A DNA stretch of 32,000 bases from the NCBI RefSeq assembly GCF_000012905.2, contig NC_007493.2, forward strand, positions 1,830,001-1,862,000, given 5' to 3'. A program made the translations under genes and the position numbers. Under the pieces are notes generated by a model. That model did not search any database and was not told where the DNA came from. It saw only the letters and a list, made by a program, of their open reading frames with translations. Source of the stretch: Cereibacter sphaeroides 2.4.1. Lineage in GTDB: Bacteria > Pseudomonadota > Alphaproteobacteria > Rhodobacterales > Rhodobacteraceae. The stretch's first letter is position 1; each line of letters starts with the position of its first letter. Positions 24,798-32,000 of the stretch are shown piece after piece.

Positions 24798-25367
24798 ATG
24801 CAAGTCATCCTTCTCCAGCGTGTAGCCAAGCTCGGCCAGATGGGCGAGGTCGTGAACGTCAAGGACGGTTACGCCCGCAACTTCCTGCTGCCGCAGGGCA
24901 AGGCGCTGCGCGCCAACGAGTCGAACATCAAGTCGTTCGAGGCCCGCAAGGCCCAGCTCGAAGCGCAGAACCTCGAGACCAAGAAAGAGGCCGCTGCCGT
25001 CGCCGAGAAACTCGACGGCCAGAGCTTCGTCGTGATCCGCTCGGCCTCCGACTCCGGCGCGCTCTACGGCTCGGTCACCACCCGTGACGCGGCCGAGGCG
25101 GCCACCGAAGCCGGCTTCACCGTCGGCCGTGGCCAGATCGTGCTCGACCGTCCGATCAAGGACCTGGGCCTGCACACCGTCACCGTGACGCTGCACCCGG
25201 AAGTCGTGGTCAAGATCACGCTGAACGTCGCGCGGTCGGTCGAGGAAGCCGAACTGCAGGCTTCGGGCAAGTCGATCCAGGAGCTCGCCGCCGAGGCGGA
25301 AGCCGCGGCCGACTTCGAGATCGCCGAGCTCTTCGACGAGATCGGCGCGGCTTCGCAAGAAGACTGA
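24798..25367 (+). CDS. rplI: 50S ribosomal protein L9
   Basis: [36 protein letters not shown] is typical of the L9 N-terminus. Confidence 0.95.
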
Positions 25368-25387
25368 ACGATCTTCACCGATCAGGG

Positions 25388-25417
25388 AAAAGCCGCGCCT
25401 CCGGGCGCGGCTTTTTT
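25388..25417 (+). terminator. rho-independent terminator after rplI
   Basis: AAAAGCCGCGCC TCCG GGCGCGGCTTTTTT. Confidence 0.8.
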
Positions 25418-25483
25418 CGTTGCGCCTTAAGGCCGCGGCCGCCCCGATCTTCCGACCGCCCGGCACCCTCGCCCGACCCGACA

Positions 25484-25670
25484 CTCGGAGAGGAGAAGGC
25501 CATTCTCGCCTGACCTGAGCCTCGGAAAAGAAAGCGTCTGCCTCGCCTAACCTGACCCCCCGGAAAAGAAACGCCGTCCTCGTCTGACCTGACCCTCGGA
25601 CAGAAAAGGGCCGTCCGCGCCGGAGCCGACCCTCGGAAAAGAAAAGGCCGCCCCCGAAGGAGCGGCCCCC
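25484..25670. repeat. five imperfect tandem copies of a 36-38 bp unit
   Basis: The CGGA anchors at 25486, 25523, 25561, 25597 and 25634 give periods of 37, 38, 36 and 37. The unit is roughly CTCGGAAAAGAAAgcGtCtgCCTCGCCTgACCTGAcC. The last copy merges with the tig terminator hairpin. Confidence 0.75.
25635..25667 (-). terminator. rho-independent terminator of tig
   Basis: Minus-strand RNA is GGCCGCUCC UUCG GGGGCGGCC followed by UUUUCUUUUCC. It is preceded by a second 8-bp hairpin, CCGTCGCC/GGCGACGG, at 25671-25689 directly after the tig stop. Confidence 0.65.
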
Positions 25671-25690
25671 CCGTCGCCATGGGCGACGGA

Positions 25691-27025
25691 TCACATCTCG
25701 TCGAGCGCCTCGATGGCCTTCTGGAGGTCGTCTTTGCCGACTTCCTTCTCGGTCACCGTCGCGCCTTCGAGGATCAGGTCCACGACCTTGTCCTCGAAGA
25801 TCGGCGCGCGGAGCTGCTGCTGGATCTGCGGGTTCTTCTGCACGAACTCGAAGTAGGCGCGCTCCTGACCCGGATACTGGCGGGCCTGAGCGAGGACCGC
25901 CTGGGTCATTTCGGCGTCGGTCACCGTCACCTCGGCCTTGCGGCCGATCTCGGCCAGCAGCAGCCCGAGGCGCACGCGACGTTCGGCCAGCGCCTTGTGC
26001 TCGTCGGTGGGTTCGATGTTGCCGTGGTTGTGGCCGTGCTCTTCCGGGTGCTCTTCGTGCCAGAGCTGGTGCGCAATCTGATGCGCCTCGGCCTCGACGA
26101 GTTTCGACGGCAGCTCGAAGCTCACCATCTGGTCGAGCTGGTCGAGCAGCGCCCGCTTCAGCACGGCGCGCGAGGCACCCTTGTATTCAGCCTCGAGCCG
26201 CTCGGAGATCTGGGACTTGAGAGCGGCCAGATCCTCGGCGCCGTATTTCTTGGCCAGCTCGTCGTCGAGCTCGGCGGCCTTCGGCGCCTTCACGGCCTTC
26301 ACGGTGCAGGCGAATTCGGCTTCCTTGCCCGCGAGATGCTTCGCGCCATATTCGGCCGGGAAGCTGACCTTCACCGTCACCTCGTCATCGACCTTCGTGC
26401 CGACGAGCTGCTCTTCGAAGCCCGGGATGAACGAGCCCGAGCCCAGCACCAGCGGGTAATCCTCGGCCGAGCCGCCCTCGAACAGTTCGCCGTCGACCGA
26501 GCCCTTGAAGTCGATCACGACCTGATCGCCGTCCTTGGCCTTCGAACCCTTGCGGCGGTCCTCGAAGTTCTGCGCCGACTCGGCGAGGTTCTTCAGGGCT
26601 TCCTCGATGGCGGCCTCATCGGCCTTCACCACCAGCCGCTCGAGCGAGACTTTCGAGGTCTCGATCTCGGGGATCTCCGGCAGGGCCTCGTATTTCATCT
26701 CGACGACGACGTCGGTGCCTTCCTTCCAGGTCTCGCCATCGACCATGCGCACTTCCGGCTGCATCGCCGGACGGTCGCCCGAGGTCTCGAGATGATCGCG
26801 CATGGCGCCGTCGATGGCGTCCTGCATCGCATCGCCGAGAAGACGCGGGCCGAACTGCTTTTTCAGCATGGCGAGCGGCACCTTGCCCTTGCGGAAGCCC
26901 TTCATCTCGATGTCGGGCTGCGCCTCGACGAGCTTTTCCTGGACCTTGGCGTCCAGTTCGGCAGCGGTCACCGTGATGGTGTACGCGCGCTTCAGACCTT
27001 CCTTTTGGGTCTCGGTGACCTGCAT
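25691..27025 (-). CDS. tig: trigger factor
   Basis: [19 protein letters not shown]... with an internal FKBP-type PPIase region. GGAGAG SD before the ATG at 27025. The track start at 27079 would overlap tRNA-Leu. Confidence 0.95.
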   Translation of the reverse strand: MQVTETQKEGLKRAYTITVTAAELDAKVQEKLVEAQPDIEMKGFRKGKVPLAMLKKQFGPRLLGDAMQDAIDGAMRDHLETSGDRPAMQPEVRMVDGETWKEGTDVVVEMKYEALPEIPEIETSKVSLERLVVKADEAAIEEALKNLAESAQNFEDRRKGSKAKDGDQVVIDFKGSVDGELFEGGSAEDYPLVLGSGSFIPGFEEQLVGTKVDDEVTVKVSFPAEYGAKHLAGKEAEFACTVKAVKAPKAAELDDELAKKYGAEDLAALKSQISERLEAEYKGASRAVLKRALLDQLDQMVSFELPSKLVEAEAHQIAHQLWHEEHPEEHGHNHGNIEPTDEHKALAERRVRLGLLLAEIGRKAEVTVTDAEMTQAVLAQARQYPGQERAYFEFVQKNPQIQQQLRAPIFEDKVVDLILEGATVTEKEVGKDDLQKAIEALDEM

Positions 27026-27049
27026 GTCTCTCCGTCCTCTTTGTTCCTC

Positions 27050-27134
27050 TGGTGCGGGTGAAGGGACTCGAACCCCCACGCCTTGCGGCGACAGGACCTA
27101 AACCTGTTGCGTCTACCAGTTCCGCCACACCCGC
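27050..27134 (-). tRNA. tRNA-Leu (anticodon TAG)
   Basis: Reverse complement is GCGGGTGTGGCGGAACTGGTAGACGCAACAGGTTTAGGTCCTGTCGCCGCAAGGCGTGGGGGTTCGAGTCCCTTCACCCGCACCA. Long variable arm, anticodon loop TTTAGGT. 85 nt including CCA. Confidence 0.95.
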
Positions 27135-27332
27135 CTTCGGGGCCGCGCGTGAGCACGCCCCGAAAATCCGCGCCCTTCTAGCAAAGGGACCGGTCCGATG
27201 CGAGAGGAAAAGCGCGGCTCCGGCAGAGGCGCCGCCCTGTCTTCGCCGCAATGTTTCTTCTCTCTGCCACAGAAATGAACCACCGCCGGTGATTCATCCT
27301 TGGGGCGAGCGAACCGCAGGAAAGGGCCGAAG

Positions 27333-27803
27333 ATGAGCGAGATCTCTCCGACCGGGCTCGGGCTTCGGCACAGCCTCTCCCTGACGGCCGGGACGCCGGT
27401 TCTGACCCTGGCCGGGATCCGGCCCGCCGAAGGCATCCGACCGGGCGACCGGCTGGTGGCGCGGAGCGGCGCGGTCGCGGTTCTGGCTGCCGAGATGACC
27501 ACCCTGCCCCAGACCGAGATGGTCGCCATCGGGGCGAGCACCCTCGCCCACGGCCAGCCGGACGAGACGCTTCTGGTTCCCGCCGACCAGCCGCTCCTGC
27601 TGCGGGGCGCCCGGGCGGAGCTGCTCTACGGGCAATCTCCCGTGGTCCTGCCCGCGCGGCGGCTCGTGGACGGGCAGCTCACGCGGCTTCTGCCGATGGA
27701 AGACGTCGATCTCGTCACGCTGACCTTCGCGGCCCCGGCGGCGATCTATGCGAGCGAACTCCATCCCGTGACCCGGCCCGAGCCGCTCGCCCTTGCCGTG
27801 TGA
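27333..27803 (+). CDS. Hint (Hedgehog/intein-like) domain protein
   Basis: AGTPVLTLAGIRPAEGIRPGDRLVARSGAV matches the pattern typical of Hint-domain proteins common in Rhodobacterales. AGGAAAGGG SD before the ATG at 27333. Confidence 0.65.
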   Translation: MSEISPTGLGLRHSLSLTAGTPVLTLAGIRPAEGIRPGDRLVARSGAVAVLAAEMTTLPQTEMVAIGASTLAHGQPDETLLVPADQPLLLRGARAELLYGQSPVVLPARRLVDGQLTRLLPMEDVDLVTLTFAAPAAIYASELHPVTRPEPLALAV

Positions 27804-27890
27804 TCGCCTACCCGAGGGGCATCCCGTGCGGGCACCGGCGCGGACTGCGGGCGGGAAGCTCATCCCAATGGTCGCGATGCCATTCCTGCC

Positions 27891-28723
27891 CTAGAGGCCG
27901 AGGGCGCGGAAGACAGCAGGCAGGGCCTCGGGCAGGTCCTCGGCGATCAGCCCCGGGCCGACGATGCGCGCTGCCTCGACATGGAGCCAGGCGCCCGCCT
28001 CGGCCGCCTCCTGCCCCCTGAGGCCCCGGCCGAGGAGGCCCGCGATCAGCCCGGCCAGCACATCCCCCGCCCCCGCCGTGGCAAGCCAGGGCGCGCCACG
28101 GGCGCCGGTGGCCGCGTGAACCGCAAGCCCCTCCGGCCCCGCCACCAGCGTCTTGGCCCCTTTCAGGAGGATCACCGCCCCCGTCTCCGCCGCGGCCGCC
28201 CGGACAGCCTCGGCGCGGGAGGCTTCGTCGTTGGGCGTCCCGGGAAAGAGACTGCGAAACTCGCCCATATGAGGCGTGAGCACACAGCCCGGATGCAGCC
28301 GTTGCCGCAGCCCCCTCTCGCGCGCGACGAGGGTTAGCGCATCGGCATCGAGAACCGTCGGCCGCCCGGCATCGAGCGCCACCGCCACGAGGTCGCGCTC
28401 GCGGTCGCTGAGGCCCAAGCCCGGCCCGAGACAGAGCGCGGAGAGACGCCGGTCGGCGAGCAGCCGCTCCAGATCCTCCGTCCCCTCCAGCGCCCGCAGC
28501 ATGACCGCATCGAGCCGCGCCGCATTCTCGGCCAGCGCCGCGGGTGGGCAGGCCAGTGTCACGAGCCCGGCCCCCACCCGCAGCGCCGCACGGGCCGCGA
28601 GCCGGCCGGCCCCGCCCTGCGCCGGCGGGCCGCCAAGGACCAGCACATGACCATGATCGTATTTGTGCTGCCCCTCGCGCTTCGCGATCCGCGCGGCATC
28701 GGGTGCCCCGATCTCGCGCAGCC

Positions 28724-28727
<4 letters not shown>
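27891..28727 (-). CDS. nnrD: ADP-dependent NAD(P)H-hydrate dehydratase (YjeF C-terminal-type domain) as a separate ORF
   Basis: HKYDHGHVLVLGG, TPHMGEF and GAGDVLAGLIAGLL motifs. The ATG at 28727 overlaps the stop of the upstream epimerase ORF (ATGA). Confidence 0.85.
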
Positions 28728-29914
<1,187 letters not shown>

Positions 29915-29995
29915 CCCCGGACCCGCAGACGACCATGACGGGCCGGCACGGCAGACCTGGCCCTCCGACATCGATCCTTCAGCAAAGGGAAGACA

Positions 29996-31405
29996 ATGAG
30001 CAAAGTAGCTGATGCTCTCAAACTGATGAAAGACGAGGAGGTCGAATATGTCGACATCCGCTTCACCGACCCGCGCGGCAAGCTCCAGCATGTGACGCTG
30101 GTGGCCGATCTCGTCGACGAGGACTTCTTCGAGGAAGGCTTCATGTTCGACGGCTCGTCCATCGCCGGCTGGAAGTCGATCGACCAGTCCGACATGAAGC
30201 TGATCCCGGATGCGGGCTCGGTCTACATCGACCCGTTCTATGCCGAGAAGACGCTCTGCGTGCATTGCAACGTCGTCGAGCCCGACACGGGCGAGGCCTA
30301 CAGCCGCGACCCGCGCGGCACGGCCGTCAAGGCCGAAGCCTACCTGAAGGCTTCGGGCATCGGTGACGTGGCCTATTTCGGGCCGGAAGCCGAATTCTTC
30401 ATCTTCGACGACGTGCGCTACTCGGTGACGCCGGCGAAGGTGGCCTACCAGATCGACGCCGATGCGGCGGCCTGGAACACCGACTCGGAATATGAGATGG
30501 GCAACCTCGCCCACCGCGCCGGCCACAAGGGCGGCTACTTCCCGGTGAACCCGATCGACGAGGCCCAGGACCTGCGCGGCGAGATGCTCTCGACCATGAA
30601 GCGCATGGGCATGAAGGTGGACAAGCACCACCACGAAGTGGCGACCTGCCAGCACGAACTCGGGCTGATCTTCGGCGGGCTGACCGAGCAGGCCGACAAC
30701 ATCCTGAAATACAAGTATGTCATCCACAACGTCGCGGCCGCCTACGGCAAGACCGTGACCTTCATGCCGAAGCCCATGAAGGGCGACAACGGCTCGGGGA
30801 TGCACGTCAACATGTCGATCTGGAAGGACGGCAAGCCGCTCTTCGCTGGCGACAAATATGCCGACCTGAGCCAGGAAGCCCTGTGGTTCATCGGCGGCAT
30901 CCTGAAGCACGCCAAGGCGCTGAACGCGCTGACGAACCCGGCCACCAACAGCTACAAGCGGCTGATCCCGGGCTTCGAGGCTCCGGTGCTGCGCGCCTAC
31001 TCGGCCCGCAACCGCTCGGGCTGCGTCCGTATTCCGTGGACCGAGTCGCCGAAGGCCAAGCGCGTCGAAGCCCGTTTCCCCGATCCGTCGGCGAACCCGT
31101 ATCTCGCCTTTGCGGCGCTGCTGATGGCCGGCCTCGACGGCATCAAGAACAAGATCGATCCGGGCCCGGCATCGGACAAGGACCTCTACGACCTGCCGCC
31201 GGAAGAACTGGCCGCCATCCCGACCGTCTGCGGCTCGCTCCGCGAGGCGCTGGAAGAGCTGGAGAAGGACCACGACTTCCTGCTCGCCGGCGACGTGTTC
31301 ACCAAGGACCAACTCGAGGGCTACATGGCGCTCAAGTGGGAAGAGGTCTATGCCTACGAGCACACGCCGCACCCGGTGGAATATCAGATGTACTACAGCT
31401 GCTGA
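29996..31405 (+). CDS. glnA: glutamine synthetase type I
   Basis: 469 aa with GSGMHVNMS, NPATNSYKRL and the adenylylation-site context KDLYDLPPEE. Confidence 0.97.
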   Translation: MSKVADALKLMKDEEVEYVDIRFTDPRGKLQHVTLVADLVDEDFFEEGFMFDGSSIAGWKSIDQSDMKLIPDAGSVYIDPFYAEKTLCVHCNVVEPDTGEAYSRDPRGTAVKAEAYLKASGIGDVAYFGPEAEFFIFDDVRYSVTPAKVAYQIDADAAAWNTDSEYEMGNLAHRAGHKGGYFPVNPIDEAQDLRGEMLSTMKRMGMKVDKHHHEVATCQHELGLIFGGLTEQADNILKYKYVIHNVAAAYGKTVTFMPKPMKGDNGSGMHVNMSIWKDGKPLFAGDKYADLSQEALWFIGGILKHAKALNALTNPATNSYKRLIPGFEAPVLRAYSARNRSGCVRIPWTESPKAKRVEARFPDPSANPYLAFAALLMAGLDGIKNKIDPGPASDKDLYDLPPEELAAIPTVCGSLREALEELEKDHDFLLAGDVFTKDQLEGYMALKWEEVYAYEHTPHPVEYQMYYSC

Positions 31406-31424
31406 TCCAGGCGGCGAGGGACAG

Positions 31425-31455
31425 GAAGGGCGCCTCCGGGCGCCCTTCTTCTTTG
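31425..31455 (+). terminator. rho-independent terminator after glnA
   Basis: GAAGGGCGCC TCCG GGCGCCCTTC followed by TTCTTTGG. Confidence 0.8.
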
Positions 31456-31597
31456 GCGTTCAGCAGGAAGATCGTGGGCGACCGGCGTCTGCCCGCTGGC
31501 TCCGAGCCGGTTTATCGCCCCGGAAGAAGCGGCCGCGTCAGAGCGCGCCGCTCGCGCGGCGCCAGCCTCCTCTCGCGGGCGGCAGCGGGGGAACCTC

Positions 31598-32000
31598 TCA
31601 GGACACCGCCTCGCATTCGGCTTCGAAATCGATCACGACCGTGGTCCCCTGGGCCGACACGGGCTGCTCGACGGTTCCGCCGAGCTGATCCACCATCGCC
31701 CGCATCAGGCGGCGTCCGAGGCCGGTGCCGCGCGTCTCGGCCAGAGGCGTCGAGCCGATCCCGTCGTCGGACACCGAGAGGCGGCCGCGGCCGGGCTCGG
31801 GCTCGGTCAGCGAGACGGTGAGGCTGCCTCCCGACCCGCAGGGCCAGGCATATTTCGCGGCATTGGTCACGAGCTCCGACACGACCACGCCGAGGCAGAC
31901 CGCCCGGTCGGCGCTGACCTGCACGGGCTCGGTCGAGACGTCGAGCTTCACGCCCGGAGGCAGCGTCGCGGTGAAATCCGCCAGCATGGTGCGCAGATAG
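31598..32000 (-). CDS. 3' part of a sensor histidine kinase gene (HWE/HisKA_2-type HATPase domain); the 5' end lies beyond the window
   Basis: N box ELVTNAAKYA, G1 DDGIG, G2 GTGLGRRL. The frame stays open upstream of the first Met to the window edge (..YLRTMLADF). Confidence 0.8.
   Translation of the reverse strand, partial: YLRTMLADFTATLPPGVKLDVSTEPVQVSADRAVCLGVVVSELVTNAAKYAWPCGSGGSLTVSLTEPEPGRGRLSVSDDGIGSTPLAETRGTGLGRRLMRAMVDQLGGTVEQPVSAQGTTVVIDFEAECEAVS

Noticed and set aside
25484-25670. CRISPR array interpretation of the tandem repeats
   Set aside because: There is no alternation of conserved repeats with unique spacers, because the whole 37-bp unit is repeated and degenerate. No cas genes or leader are present.
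25375-25680. 101-aa minus-strand ORF with a repeating peptide (RPFLFRGS..)
   Set aside because: The repetition comes from the 36-38 bp tandem DNA repeat. Its period is not a multiple of three, so the frame changes between units. The ORF spans two terminators and has no SD.
24381-25694. 437-aa minus-strand ORF across rpsR/rplI; also 25679-27061 (+) opposite tig and 29507-31372 (-) opposite glnA
   Set aside because: They are shadow ORFs of highly conserved genes. The same reasoning applies as above.

Overview
High-GC alphaproteobacterial chromosomal DNA. The gene content and order (cerR/cerI quorum sensing directly upstream of opgG-opgI-opgH-opgC) match what I remember for Rhodobacter/Cereibacter sphaeroides, but I cannot verify the species without a search. 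Most of the window is ordinary core genome. From left to right: a caa3-type haem-copper oxidase (subunit II with a cytochrome c domain, fused subunit I+III), a PAP2 phosphatase, an expanded LuxR/LuxI locus, the opgGIHC operon, tRNA-Gly, metNIQ, nhaC, a tRNA-Cys integration hotspot, rpsF-rpsR-rplI, tig with tRNA-Leu, a Hint-domain gene, a split nnr, glnB-glnA, and the 3' part of an HWE-type histidine kinase gene. Many very long ORFs in the supplied track are antisense artefacts of the high GC content and are rejected. The candidates most worth a second look are: (1) an HTH-less autoinducer-binding protein divergently paired with a full-length LuxR paralog that carries a Trp-to-Phe change at a ligand-contact position, both directly upstream of cerR-cerI, giving three receptor-type genes for one synthase; (2) a roughly 3.1 kb decayed integrative element bounded by an exact 48-bp duplication of the 3' part of tRNA-Cys, with four TGTAAACG arm repeats, a chimeric primase ORF and an integrase; (3) a second AT-richer remnant between tRNA-Cys and rpsF; (4) five tandem copies of a 36-38 bp unit between the convergent rplI and tig genes; (5) an nnr gene split into two ORFs with an ATGA overlap. 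I see no recognisable defence system, CRISPR array or toxin-antitoxin pair. All functional calls rest on motif recognition by eye.
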